Below, in pieces: positions 1 to 13,583 of a DNA stretch of 64,000 nt (position 1 is the first letter of the stretch; each line of letters opens with the position of its first letter). Source of the DNA: Takakia lepidozioides (lineage: Eukaryota > Plantae > Bryophyta); the NCBI GenBank assembly GCA_030704615.1, contig CM060733.1, positions 18,166,001-18,230,000 on the forward strand. The letters run 5' to 3'. The translations under genes and the position numbers were made by a program. A model generated the notes under the pieces. It made no database searches, had not been told where the DNA came from, and saw only the letters and a list, made by a program, of their open reading frames with translations.

Positions 1-1319
1 TGGCCAAATAACGATGAAAGAGATTTTAAACATATTTGGCAGGCACGCTGTATGTTTGGGAGATTACCAGCAGCGCTCCTGCCATTACAGCGCCAGTGCG
101 GAAGCACCTCCGATCATCTGACAGATCCACTACACCTTCAAAGCACCTGATGTACTTACTCTGAATGTTTCTGGAATCCCATGTGCGCATCTACTGTACG
201 TACCCCGATGAGATCAATTTCTGCAGATGTGGTTTGACTAAACATTACCCAACATTGTTCTTCCTGTCCCACGCCATCGCCATTAATCCTACTCCAATAT
301 CACCGGACAGATTAACAGGTGAATGCGTACGGACGGAGAGATCGACTTCCCAAGGTGAGATGACGAGGTCGGGAAACAAGGTAACGAAAACCTATTGCCT
401 GAACCCCATGTCGTCGGACGTTGAAAGCCTTTCAGTCGTCTCGCACAAGCAGGGATCGACCCTTCAAGCATGGGAAATGTAACTGCCCAACATTGCCATT
501 TGCTTTCCAGATTACTAAATTCCCTCTACTTAACAGGACCCCAAATCATGCTCTGTGATGTAACTGCCATTTTTCTGGATCGTCAGCTTCTCTTGCATTT
601 TGAGGAAGTGACCAGACTTCTGCATCAACATTTTCAGTGATATGGTGGTGTCAATTAAGCCCAAGGCAAGAGAGGCGCTCAAATGTAGTGGTATCGAAGT
701 TTAAATTCTGTTGGGTGACGAGACTCTCGCTGCTCTCTCCTGGAGACTGGAGCGCTTCCGGAGAACGTCACCTGCGAACATGAACAGGCATACTAGAATG
801 CGATTACTAACTCCAAAGTTCAACCTCTTTTGGGGTTTACATTTGCATCTCAAAGATGGCTTTGCTACTCATCGGAAACACATGAACAAATCCGAAGACC
901 CATCCAACTGATGCTGAGATGAGTGAAGAGCCACCATCTAATCTTCTTTATGAGTGTTCAATGTGACCATGTAGCGATGAAGAGAGGCCATTGACAAAGT
1001 TGCTGGCTCACAAATAACCCAGTTTTAGGCCTGACTCTGGATTAAAAGCTATCAATAGTGAGATGAGTTTGATTTTGTTACAATTACACTCTTATGGTTG
1101 AATCTGATGTATACATTCCCTGAAAGAGGAGGGAAGACCCATCCGAAGAGAGGGAGATGAGGAGAGGCAGAGAAAAATCGGCAAAGAATGGATCAAGGTG
1201 GTTGACCATCTAATCAGTCTGTGGAGTCACAGAGGTCAACGATGTGATACTACTTCTGCTTCATTTAAGATGTGATACGGTTTATTGCGAGGCAAGTTTG
1301 TTTCACCGCAGCTTCAGCC

Positions 1320-4300
1320 ATGGCGACCCCCACTCCATCCCAACATTCCTCGGATGAGACTGGGTCGCAAGACAGTCGTCCCCGAGTAGCGGCACCGCTG
1401 GCAGGGGCTGAAATTCGTGCTTCTATGGTGGGCTTTCCACCTCCATCTGCAAATTTTCTTGCACAAACCCAAAATTTGCGCTGAAAGCCACTAGTGGATG
1501 GGTCGAACTGTGCTGTAGGCTAAGAGATCAAAGGGAGAATATTATGCCATGTATCAATTTGAAATGGAGGAGGAAAGCCTCAGACAGATTGAGACTATTT
1601 TATTAGAAAATAATTTGGATTCTTTTTGGAGCAGATGGAGGGAGTTAAAGTTTGTAAGAGTCTGAAAAGCTTAACCTTGCACCCGTGTTGCTCCCTTCCC
1701 CCAAGAGGAAATGAATACAAAACTTCTGTAATGTGTTTTCATCATGATGATTGAGGCTTCTTGATTGTCCATCAGATTGTGTGGTTGGGTCAGTCTCAAA
1801 CCATTGTCTCTTCACTTCTTGTCTCTCGGCAAGACAGCCACGAGAATCAAAGGTAGTACTTCCACACCATGAATGCTGATTAAAGAGATAGTCCAGGAGG
1901 AGAGCAGAAGAGGAATAATCTGATCATGTTCTGTTGGTGTCGTGTAATATCAGCTGAAAATGGCCCGTCAATCCATTTCCGGCGGGGTCCAAGCCTCCCA
2001 AAGCTCAACTTCTGCTGATGTTGACTCAACTATTCCAGATACAGTCACAGGTCCCTCCTCATTCCGGTCAACAGATACAGAGATCACCGAGCCAGCCAGC
2101 GAGCCAACACACGAGAGAACATCTTTGAAAGACCTGGCAGAGGAACAACCCCTGAACACACATTACAGGCTTAATGTTGTTGGATTTCTGTGTGGCCTCC
2201 TTGAGCGGCTCTCTCTTCTCATGCAGCTTCCTGGAGCATTCGAGGTATATATTGCTACCTGCATAGTCAATATAATCATCTGTTTTTGTCAGTTGTAAGT
2301 CTTAAAAAGTACAAAATTGTGTTTTGGTCCGGTTGTGTGTATTTAGAGGGTTGAGGATCAAGTTCCAGGAGGCCTTACTACTTCAACATGGAGTTCCTGT
2401 AGCTCTTGACAGGAGGTTGACAATGCATTAGCAAATTCTAAGAAAAGTCAGTGGAAGATGTTGGGTACAGATAGCAGACAGCACCATAAAGCTGGAGAAG
2501 ATACCAAGTGAGCAGGAGACTTTGAATGCTAAAGTGAAGCTGCTACAGGCTGCAAATCTAGTTCACTACAGCCTCTTCCATCCCATCCAACTCTCCAAAT
2601 TTGCAATTGAAGCAACTTGGCTTCATAATATCCTGACTGCAACTTTGAAGGAGGTATGGTGATCCTTTCGATCAAAGACTGGTTTCAAGGACCAAAAACT
2701 GAATCAGATGGATGTGACCAAAGAATGTCAAAACCTACGTGAATTTGGTGACCCCCAAATACACACAGAAGGAAAGAAATAATTGTGTTAACATCCATGG
2801 GAAACTCAAAGAATTTATGGGAGTAAGAAAAGGGCCCCCAACAATCAGCCACCACAACCATAATATGAATGTGCAACCTTGAGTGATTCCCTGATTGTAG
2901 AGTGTTGTAAAGTGCTGCAAGGCATCTCTGATCCTTGTAATTGCAAGCAGTCGCTGAGTGACCCCTCATTGTAGTTTTTGTGCTCAGTCTTTGAATGTTG
3001 TGTGCATGTGGCTGCTGTCTATCAGAAGAGTCTTTCAGTGCTACTACATACCCAGTTCTGACAACTCTTGGTCGATGTACTATCTTCCAGGGTGTGTATA
3101 TACATGACAAGAACAAAAGATCATAGAACTCATTGTGCTCTACTGTTTCATTTGGATGTGGTCAGGACAGGTAAACGAGGAGGGGAGCTTTAAAGTGTTG
3201 CTGCAGGTTTGTGTTTCCTCTCTACTGTTTACCATGTCCATGTCTCTTGCATGGGAGGGGAGAAAAGTGCACTCGATACACTTTGCTTGCCGTAGCCTTA
3301 GGTTGGAGGAGCAGAAAAGAATGGGGAGGGGAGGGGAGAACAAGACGAGGGGCTACTACTACTGCTGGATGTTTGATCGAAGAAATGAAATTGGTTCTTG
3401 TCTTCCATACTTTCTGTTATGATGGCTTCAAACTGCAAGCTAGAGTTAAGAGAAGATATAAAAGAGATCTTGAGACTTAGCTCTGCAGTTCTCCTGTGAA
3501 GATGCTAGATTTTTCCTCAGCGACCTTTCACATACCCCAGAACTAGCACTCAGTCCAGAGATGGCTGCAGTACATGCCTCTGACAAAAATGGCTGCCATT
3601 TCCAGTCGTCCCCTTCCCTCCTGTCTAAACTTACTCTTTTATTGCCTGATTTAGTTATTGACATTATTCACATTCAACAGGTAGTGGAAGAGGATGACGC
3701 CAACGAGAAGCGACTACCAGCCTGCATTGAACACATCAAGGTCTTCAAGGAGAAGATGCAAATGATGAAGAAGATAATGGAAACTGAGGCAGAGGGTCAT
3801 AAAGAGACTGTGCGTGGATGGGCCAAGAATCTGACTCTTCATAAGCAGGTGCCCAGGGCTACAATAGAGCATACCATGCTTGCCAGAAGTTTCCTTCACT
3901 ACACATACTTTGTAGTCTCTTAGAGAATCCAATGGGTGCGTGCTGGTCATTGTCATCATAGTAGGAAGCATGAGCTTGATGCTGCTCTAGCCCTCTAGCT
4001 GGAGATAGACGCTGGTGCACACTGTTAAAGAATGTACTCATAAGATGTTCTTTGCCGTAGCCTTGTGGTCACAGACCCCACATCCAGTTTGGGAATCACA
4101 TCAAAGAATGTACTCATAAGATGTTGTTTGCCGTAGCCTTATGGCCGTTGACCCCGCGCCCAGTTTGAGCGGAACACAAAGGGACAGAAACTACCTTTGT
4201 CAGGGGCTGACGCCGGTAGTATGACTTACCTTGGAACAGACAATTGATCCGAGTTTTCCAGATATTCTCTAGAAACCTTTTTACACAAGCATCAATCTGT

Positions 4301-7300
4301 CATGTGTGATTTGCCCAATAACTAGGCCCCAAAAGGGCCTGGGCTTTTGGCTCAGCCTCGAGACTCACATTGTTAAAGAAATGAAATGGTGCTTTATAAC
4401 GTCTGCGGAAAGCTCATAGAGCTTATGGGACAAAATGGAAGGAAGAACATGAGAGAAAATAGGAAAACCAGAGTCAGAGAAAATAACTATTGTTCGAGTG
4501 ATTGTCTAAGGGTGAATGCCTCGTGCAGGTAGGCTGCCAAACATTTCTGATCCTCATAGTGGAAGACTTCAGTGAGAGATTGGGTTCCATGGAATAGACA
4601 ATGGAATCTCCCACGGATCTCATAGTATAGGGGGCAATAGAAGAAGAAGTGCTCTTCAGTTTCAATTTCCTGGTTGCGTCCTGTGCAAGCAGGACATAGG
4701 CGGTCCTCCCGCTGCAGGTTTTCCCATCTGCCAGTCTCTATCCGTAGGTTGTGGGAGCCCACCCTGAACCGCCCCAAAGCCCTCAGGAGAGAAGGAGTCC
4801 GAAAGGTAATTGGGCCGCAAGATTCTATCATCCCGGAGAACCAAGAATGTTTCTCGATAGAAATGGAGCTTTGTTGTGAGGTTGGGTAACTTCCAAGTTC
4901 TCCTGACATGTAACTCCATGAGCTCCTTTCTAATGAGTTGGTTGCGGTCATGCCTGGATGTGATTTCCACCTGTTCTGGGTTCACTGGCAAAAGTGAAGC
5001 TATAGAGAGTCCATGGCGTTCAAAAAAGGTATCCACACGGGCATACCAGGATTGTTTGAAGCCTGCATTTTTTGAGTCTCATAGATGTTGTGAGGGCCCT
5101 GGCCACAAGCCCCTTGGGGGGAAGGCCTTGTAACCTATGCAGGAAAATTGTAAGCCGGAAGAGGGCCTCAGTTTGGAGTGGCACACAGGCGAATTCTGCA
5201 TTCAACATGTGCGATGGAGTTGTGCCTCTGGCGCCTAGCATTGCTTGGAGGAAAGATGACTGCAATGGTTCCAGATTGTTTTCCCACCAGGAAACTGGGA
5301 CTGCAGGTGCCCAAAATTCACAACCAAAAGTGGCATTTGGGGTGACTACGCTATCAAACAGCCACTTCTTGGTCGGTGGGTGGCGCAGGTGTTGATTGCA
5401 TTTGGCCTGAAGGCGGATGGAGGCTGCCTTGCCTTTTGTCAATCTGTCCAGGGCAGTGGCTGCAAAGTGGAATTTGGGGGAGTGGATAACCAGCCCCAGA
5501 TATCGGTAGGATTGGACTGTCTCCACCTCCCGATTATTGAGGAAGAATCTGCGGTGGCCTGCCCATTGAAAACCATGATCTTGGTTTTTGTAAGGTTGAC
5601 TTGCAACCCTTAGTCATTGGAGAACTGTTCCAAGATGTCGAGATGGCGTTGTAGGAGATTGTGCCAAAAGGGCAACATCATCCGCGTAGAGGAGATCTGA
5701 TTGTGTTGGTCCTCCATCCAATGGTACACCAACTCCATGGTTTTTTGAGATGTAGACTTCCAAGGCGTCAATGTAGATTCCGAATAGGGTAGGCGAGAGG
5801 GGGCAGCCCTGTTTGACCCCAATGTTGCTATGGACCTCAGCTGAGAATTCCCCTGCGACATTGACCATGCCAGTGACTGTCTCATACATGGAGGAAATAG
5901 CATAGAGAATGTGTTGAGGGACTCCCACCTTCTGGAGCCTTTGGAAAAGAAGAGGAACCGAATCAAAAGCCTTGTGAAAGTCAACAAAGCAGACGTAAAC
6001 CAGTTTTTTGTCAAAGCGAGCACTTTCCACCATAACCTGAAGAGTGAAGATGTGGTCAAGAGTGGATCTGTTGCAACGGAAACCAGCTTGTCCCTTAGCC
6101 CGCATGTGAGAGGATTCAGCCCAATCATCCAACTCCATGGCCACTACTGCCCCAAACAGCTTAGCCAATAACGATGACACCATAATTGTGCGATAGTTGG
6201 TCGGTGCGAGCCTGTCACCACTCTTGAAGAGGGGATGGATGATGCTCTTTGTCCACTCTGTTGGAAAGCCATGTTGCACTGCCTCATTGAAGAGGTAAGC
6301 TATAAACGGGGCCAAAGTGAGTGCTGCGTGCTTGATGAATTCACCCTGTAGCCCTGAAATATCCAATGCCCTGCCATTTTGCAGCTTCTTGATTGCCTTG
6401 CAGACGTTGGTTGTAGTAAAGAGGGAGAAGTGTAGGGGTTTAGAGGTTATGGGAGAGGGAGTTTGGTTTTGGGAATGATACAAAGATTGGGCATACTCAT
6501 GCCAGACGTGAATGTCAGTGATCGCAGGTGGGTCTCTGTGAGGTTTAAGGAGGGACCAAAAGGAACGAGGAGAAGATCTGACTTTTGCAAGAAAAGAAGA
6601 TTGGAGCTTGAGAGTGTAGGCTCTCTTTTTGGATCTAATGAGGGACTTATAGTGCTTGAGAGCGAGGTTTGACTGTGTAGAGGAATGGATATCTATGAGT
6701 AGAGATTTGATGTGACGTCTAGCCACTTTGCATTCTTCGTCATAGAAAGGTGCATATCTACGGGTGGAGAGGGGTGAGGAGGTAGATGGGAGAGTGACTG
6801 GGAAGGAACGCAGTGCTGCGTCCCATAGAGCGTGTGTTAGGTGGGTAGCCTTGTCATCAGTAGATGGTCGAGCAAAGATGGAGGGGAGGATTGAAGCTAG
6901 GTAGGTTTCATAATCAGCGTTGTGTAAGTGAGAGAAGGGGGTATTGAAGTGAATACGAGGGTGTGAAGGGAGAGAAGCAGAGGAACCCCCCCTGACGTGG
7001 AGAGAGATGGAAGGAATTACAAAGGAAAGGCAAGAGTGATCAGAATCTGGGTACCTCGTTATGTAGAAAGAGCTAACTCTATCAATTGTGTTGGGGCTCC
7101 CAAAGAGATAGTCAACCACGCTCTGGCCTTTGTATGTGTGGCAGGTGAACTGGCTCGAGGATTTGAAAGTGGTCGTGCCATTGTAGATGACAAGTCCCTG
7201 AATCTCGCAAAACTTAGATGGTGACCATAGCTTGTGGTTTCGCTAGAGACGTCTGGACTTTGCCTCTCCAGGGTCCCATGTGAGTGTTGGATGTGTTGAG

Positions 7301-10300
7301 GGTCCGCGGGGTCGAAGGATGGAGCCTGTAGAGAACCTGTGCGGGCGTTGAAGTCGCCAACCAAGAATATGTCTGTGTGTGGAGTACGGAGACGGGCTAT
7401 ATTCTCTTCCAGTGGAACATAAGGTGAATCAGTCACTGTGTGGAGATGCAGCCGGGGCAAAGTAACATCCCGCCAGTAGAATGTTTGGTTGGTGATGGTA
7501 GCCTTTGATTGACACCAAATGTACCTTGCCAATGGGTCTTTGTATGGGAAGGAGATATGTGGGAGAAGCCAGTCAGCATAGTAACAAGTTACTCCACCAG
7601 AGCCTTTGAGTCCTGTGCGTGGACGAGTGACTGACTGAAAGCTATACCCGCGAATCGAGGGAGGCTCTTTGTCTTCGTATGCATGTGTTTCCAATAGAAA
7701 GAGAATATCACATTTGGGGAGGATATCAAGAAGCCCTTGAGGATGGCTCCACAAAGAACCATTGCAATTCCATGAGCCTATGTGCAGATGCGAGCGTGAG
7801 TTGGTCTCATGGGGCCCCAACCCCTATTTAGAGTTAGAGGGTTGACTTTGCTGTTCTCGAATGATGACTCTGCCATCTCGGAACACGGCGTAGTGTCCCT
7901 GTGCCCAAGCCTCCTTAACCTGAGCGAGTTGAACCCGCATGTCCTTGTATTGCATGGGGGTCAGGTCGTCATTGAGGTACATGGCGTGACCTCTCAAGTG
8001 AGTCCTCTGACGTAGAACCCTCGCCCGAGCAGCCTTGTCCCTAAATCTGATGAACAAGACAGTGTCCAAGAGAAGGAAAAATTTATTACTCCCACATGAG
8101 GCCCATGGGTCAGAGAGAGGAAATTTGGACTGTCCACAGGGGCCTGAGAGAATGTACTCATGAGACATTTGCTTTAGCTTTGGGGCCACAAACCCTGCCC
8201 AGTTTGGGCAGAATGAGAGGGAACAGACACTACATTTGTGAGGTGCTCACTCCAGTAGTGGGAGTTAATTGGTTGTGGCTTTCCCGATGTCCTCTGGAAA
8301 TCCCTTCACACAAATATCAATCTGTGTGGACGCCCAGCAATTAGACGCCAGCAGGGCCAGGAGGCTGAGAGAATGGAAATTGCCAAATCCTGAGAATTTC
8401 AGCCCTGGAAGAGGGAGAGTGGGGAAGACAAAGAACTTCATAATTCCCACCCGGGCCTGTCAAAAGTTTCTCCTATTGCATCCATGATGTAGGTTGTCCT
8501 GTGATACTTCTCTTTCAGTCTTTGTCACTTGGTAGAGAAAGAGTTTTTAAGTAGTTGAAAGCTGCCATGTACCAGGAGCTAAAGGAGTTGCGGAAACAAC
8601 ACAGGATTGCATATAAATACAAGTGGGTATCCTCCATGTAAACCCTTGCACTACCAATAATTTGGAGATGTGGCAGAGGTGTATTTGATGTAATTGGAAG
8701 GGTTTCAATTTAGTGGGAAGTGCATGTCACGTTGATAATTACTAATTTGGTACACTATTTTCTGTTACAGACAAGATCTCAACCTGTTAAATTTTTCCTT
8801 ACAGGAAAGATGGGCAAGTGGATGGGAGGGATACGAATGTCTTGCCATAGGGAAGAGATGTGAAATATTATCTCCAGAGCACCTATGGGGCTCGGAGAGA
8901 GATGATGGTGATTCTGTACTCAGTAAACTTTTCTTGCTTTACCTTGTGGCCAGTGAGAAAGAGAAAGAAAGAGAAAAAATAGAAATCATAGAATTCCACG
9001 AGAAGTTGGAGAGATGATGTACTGCTACGAAGTTTGCCATAGCTTTGTTGGAGAGAGAGAATGTACTCATATTACTTTGTTTGCCTTAGCCTTGTGGCCA
9101 TAGACCCTGCGGCCAGTTTGGATGGAAACAGCGGGAATGGACAGTGTCTTTGGGAGGGGCCAGTAGTGGGAGAGAGAGAGAGTTATTGGAGAATTCTCTT
9201 TTGACAGTATTATCTCTTTTGAGAGACAAAAAGGTGCAGGGACTGTCGTTACTGCAAGGATCTTGGCCATACACCCCCCAAGAAAGTGAGTTCCTGCAGG
9301 ATACTAATCCGCTTGGGAAGCCTTTCTGAGTTTCCAGCCAAGCATGGTCTGTAAGACCCAGCACTATTGCTTATGCAATGCCAACAACAAGAAGATTGTA
9401 GGGAACTCTGTTGCTCTAGGGGCTGGCATTGATATCATATTGGAAGGTAGCGTCTGCTCACATGGCTGTCTTGGCACTGTCAGTTTTGCTGTTGAGAAGA
9501 AAAGGGCACAGAAACAGAAGGACACATGAATTGGTGATGTGGGTGACCTGATGTTTGGGATGAGTGCGAGTGTAGGGCAGACAATGCGCTTGCAACAGGA
9601 GATTGTGCTCGAAGGGCCCGTGAAGTGATCCTCAATGACCTTCGTGCTGACAATGTCAAACTTAAAAGTGACTTCGAGGTAGCTCGCGGCCACGTCATAA
9701 ATTTTCCTTGATGGATCAAGATTCTTAATGGGATTTACATCTCTATTGTACTTCCAAGTAGAGACTTCTCTAATTCTGTAGGTACAGAAGTTTAAACTCC
9801 ACTAAGAAGGAATCTGTCTCTACCAATCTGGCCGTGAAGTGGCCCTTGAAGTGGTTCTAGTTGTAGCCTTATGACTGTAGACCATCATGCCCACCAATCG
9901 ACATGAAGGTGAAAGGTCTATATCCCAATAATTTATTAAACTGCAGCCTTGTGCCAAAAGTGAGGGCAGTTAGTCACACCCCATCAGTGGCTGGGAACAA
10001 GCTCAGGGATTATATGGTTGGGCGTCAGCTGATGTATTAAGCAGCATGTCAGCCTTGATCAGAGAGAAAGAATGAAAAAAATTGATCATGACCATGGGAT
10101 GCCCATGAGACAGTATGCTGTAGAACTACAGAAACCAAACAACACATTGAACCCCATAGAAAGAAAGAAAACAAGAGTCTATAACAACGGTGAAAGGCCC
10201 ATGGGACACAGTAGGAGAGCTAGACAGAGACCGAGAAGCATACGGAGATGAATGGGGAGAGAGATTTATTGCGGAGGGCAGGAAACCGTTAACATATAAA

Positions 10301-11621
10301 GGTCGGGTGGTAGAGATCTGCCCATAACCCAACCTCATCTGAGATTGTCACATAGTTATTCCACTGCTGACAGAGGCGCAATGGTCATATAAGATAAAAC
10401 AACACAGAACAGACGAGGTATATGCCTTTAGAAAAGGCTTTCATACATATTAAAGATACACCATCGATAGAGGGGTGCTTAGGATCAGCTAAACTCTGCT
10501 CCCAAGAAGGTATTGATTTTGTGTTGGTGAACAACAGAGGGAGAAGCAAGTGCATACTGCAATCATGGACTTCATGCAAAAACAAAACATGGCGTTGAGG
10601 GAGGAGGTCCTGGCATTGACAAGTGGGCATGAGAATGATGTTCAGTGTTTAGGTTGGTGCTTGGAGCATATGCAGAACCAGATCAAAGCAAAGATCAAGG
10701 CAATTGCAGGCATTGAACCCGAGTAAGAGTCTTCTTTCCCCCTTCCCTTGTCTATTCCCTTAGGGTGGCCCTTGGATGTGATATAGCTTCTCTCGTACAT
10801 GAAAGATTTGCAGTTGAGTTGTAGTTTTGGTGGAGGCTGGTTGCAGGGGCCAAATTGTGCTAGTCAGTTGTTTCCTTTTTTAATTCAACAAACTCTCTTA
10901 GCTTTCCGTGGATGTTGTGAAATCTGTGTGTGTGGGTGTGTGTTGGTTGTACACATCCTCAATTAGTTGGCTTGTCGTATAGGTGTTCGGTCCCAATGCC
11001 AAAGGGGCAAAGAGCTGTGTCTTTGTCACTGGTCAACTTCTAGTATATTGAATACAGACCATGAAGCAGTGTTGCACTCTCCCCCACTGACTTATATGCT
11101 ACAGCTTGAAGGCTTTGGGATGGAGATTGAGATAGATCATAGGGGTTATGCCACACCGTTGTCTACAGATGACTTGAGATGGTAAATGGCAAGAGCATGT
11201 TGTCGTCTCAAACAGGAAAGGCAGCCATGACAATGGTTCTTGGTAGAGGAGAATGTTCTTTCACGATACCCTCAATGATGGTGTTGAAACTGTTCAATGG
11301 GCATCTGTCAAATGTATGCATGGTAACAGCATGTCTTAGACCATGTTGTGCTGCCCCCCACTCAGGTACAATCAAGAGATGGCAAATATTGCGGCAGCTG
11401 AGGCTGAGACGATAAGAAAGCAGGAAGAATTCTTTGCAAATCAAGGCCGCATGGAACAGACCTTGAAGGCCGCCCTGAAGATACAAAAGATGTATCGGGG
11501 TCTTGTAGTCCGCAAATTATATCGCAAACTGCTCAGGAAGCTTCGAAAAAGGCGGTTGGCAGAGGGAAAGAAGAAGGGAGGGAAGGGAGGAGGAAAGGGA
11601 GGGGGGAAGAAAAAGAAGTAG
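1320..11621 (+). CDS. Coiled-coil protein with C-terminal IQ motif and Lys/Gly tail, IQCD/IQCG (DRC10/DRC9)-like dynein regulatory complex subunit; about 360 aa, 8 predicted exons
   Basis: Phase-compatible GT-AG exons 1320-1427, 1954-2244, 3171-3206, 3681-3848, 8576-8626, 8805-8907, 10653-10722 and 11366-11621 give one open frame ending EPEYNQEM...AALKIQKMYRGLVVRKLYRKLLRKLRKRRLAEGKKKGGKGGGKGGGKKKK*. IQxxYRGxxVRK plus a basic GK tail is typical of DRC9/DRC10. The middle exons are less certain. Confidence 0.65.
3264..9895. repeat. Dispersed 50-75 bp repeat family (consensus about AGAATGTACTCATAAGATGTTGTTTGCCGTAGCCTTRTGGCCRTAGACCCYGCGCCCAGTTTG), 4 clear and about 4 partial copies
   Basis: Clear copies at about 4028-4095, 4104-4170, 8148-8207 and 9057-9121. 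Partial copies near 3264-3300, 8914-8950, 9012-9050 and 9860-9890. All are in the same orientation. Confidence 0.7.
4480..8060 (-). mobile_element. Non-LTR retrotransposon (LINE, RTE-X-like), 5'-truncated and frameshifted, in intron 4 of the IQ gene
   Basis: ORF1 tail (YLNDDLTPMQ, 7824-8050). APE endonuclease (IGSWNCNG, LLETH, GDFNARTG, VDY, SDH). RT (QAGFR, FVDFHKAFDSV, KQGCPLSPTLF, LLYADD, YRYLG). C-terminal RFRVGSHNLRIETGRW...CPAC...ETEEHFFFYCPLY. ORF2 is split over at least 5 frame segments. Confidence 0.93.
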
Positions 11622-12694
11622 AAGACGGGAAAGTTGAAAGGAGAGTCCACGATAATGATCTAGGACCTCCAAGGGGTCAATGTTATCTCTGGATATACTT
11701 CAGGGGGAGGATGTGTACTTCAGCAGAGATGGAGAGCACCAGATGAGCAGCAAAAGAGCATCTCTTCACACTTTCTAGGTCTCCATCAAGTCACAGGGAA
11801 GGACCAAAGGAAGTACTAGCATGTAGCTCCAGTAATCTTGCATTCCAGGGAGGGTTTGGTTGCTGGGAGAAGATGAGTAGAGACAGGCTCCAGCAACTCG
11901 AGATTGATCTTCCCTCACCACACAGGGATTGTCAAATTGAACAGTCCCTTCTCTAGAGATGCATGGAGCAATAGCATGGATAAAGCATCATTGCTGAAAA
12001 TGACATGCATAGCAAAATTGCAAGCATATGATTTCATCTCTCATCAAGCTGTGAAATATGTTGGGGTTGATCCTTTTGGAAGAAAGTAGCTGTTTCCTCA
12101 CAAGCTGTGTTGTAGTATTCTTTCCATATGGTAGTCTTACGTTTTGTCCCATCAACATTTTGTTTTGTGTTATCATCTCTGGTAGAAGTATGAACCCAAG
12201 AAAACACATGGGGCTGGTAGCTTTGAGGAGGGGCTTTAACAAACCGTTGGTGTACAAAGCAAGGCACCCCAGAGCATCAAACTGTGGCCCAATCTGTGGT
12301 CAAAAAATCTAGTCAAGGAAGGTAGTGCCTGATTATAGTTCTCGTCATGTCATTATGACTCATGAATAATTTGGTTGTTGTTCAAATCCCTAAGCGACGA
12401 GGCGACCCATTTCGGGTCGCGTCGGTTTTTCCCAAGTGTGAGTGGGTCCATGAATTCTATGGTCAAGGGGTGTCCAAGTAGGTCGGAAATGAATTGCCGG
12501 CAGGTAGCGGCGATGGCCAGCTGCAGGTGTATGGGTTTGCCCTGCATGCCCACCCTCCATGAAAAGAAAGTCGTCCGATGGCAGTACATGATGGCGGGGT
12601 GAGGAATCATTTCGTGTGCAAAAATCTCTTTCATGCGCTTCCCTACAGTTTGATGACAACCTTTGCTTGGCATCTTTTTCCCTGGTGACCTTAA

Positions 12695-13513
12695 CCCTTA
12701 AGTTCCCAAGCCCTTTTTTGACTTTTTACCAATTTTGGGTACCCAGCTGCAGTAAATTGCTCCTAGAAACCTACCAAAAATCATCCAGAGATTCCAGCCT
12801 TATAGAAATGGGCCCAGCTCATTTATGCATGACATACCAAAAAATGAGCCAAGTCCACCATGGAAATTGTGAGAGTTATAGCGTTGGCCCGGACCTCAAA
12901 TATCAGGTCCCAAAGAAAAAGTGAGAAAGAAATTGGTTTGACCAAATCAAAACCTAGCTTTATCCAATTTTGCTTGCCCCAAGACCCACCATTTCCAAAT
13001 CAATAGTGGAGTGGCTATGACCCCACTAAATTGCAGGTCCAACTGATTTTTCCACCTATGGTTGCTTTGCATGCAATTACATGGGGGTTGAAATCTCAAA
13101 ATTGACAACAGAAAATGTGCCTCCAAATGAAGTACTTTTTTTTCTATAAATTTTTTAAAAGCCAATGGTGGATGTGTGTATGTAATGCTCACACACCACA
13201 AGGTGAAGTGCTTTTTCCAAGATTGCTAATTTTCTGCCAAAAATGGCCTTTGGAGTGCAATCTGTTTTGGGCTTGTTTACTGCCACGTCAGCGGTCAACA
13301 AGCCCTTTTCAGGCCCCAAAACGTAAATGAGAGATCTAAGATATTTTTTGCAGGTCGTAGCTTTTTTTTTTTTTTTTTTTGTTGCATCATACTGGAGACA
13401 AATCCCTTGTCATTAAAGCTTCAGGAGTGGGCCCCATCAGATTAGATCTGCAAAAATTAGGTCGAACTGCAAATTCAAAGTGACCCGATTCAGGTCGCTT
13501 GGGACCTTAAGGG
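12695..13513. mobile_element. Non-autonomous TIR element with TTAA target duplication, piggyBac-like (819 bp)
   Basis: TTAA(12691-12694)|CCCTTAAGTTCCCAAGC ... GCTTGGGACCTTAAGGG|TTAA(13514-13517). The 17-bp TIR has one mismatch and begins CCC. The interior is non-coding. Confidence 0.8.
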
Positions 13514-13583
13514 TTAAAGCTCATTTTGTATAGGTACTGCAATTCCCCTAACCGTTTCTCTTACCTGATTTACTGCAGAGAAG

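Noticed and set aside
60-800. Possible first exons of a minus-strand gene leaving the window (ML/DDRRCFRTGAVMAGALL)
   Set aside because: Splice sites are plausible but the peptide is too short and unrecognisable.
4028-4180. Hammerhead ribozyme or 5S rRNA-derived SINE in the short dispersed repeat
   Set aside because: CUGAUGA/GAAA cores are not conserved or correctly ordered, and similarity to a 5S 5' end is only about 10 nt.
9330-10630. ORFs of 60-109 aa in intron 6 of the IQ gene
   Set aside because: No recognisable domain; probably old TE or gene fragments.
12353-12673. 106-aa minus-strand ORF next to the piggyBac-like MITE
   Set aside because: It lies outside the TIRs and has no transposase or other motif.
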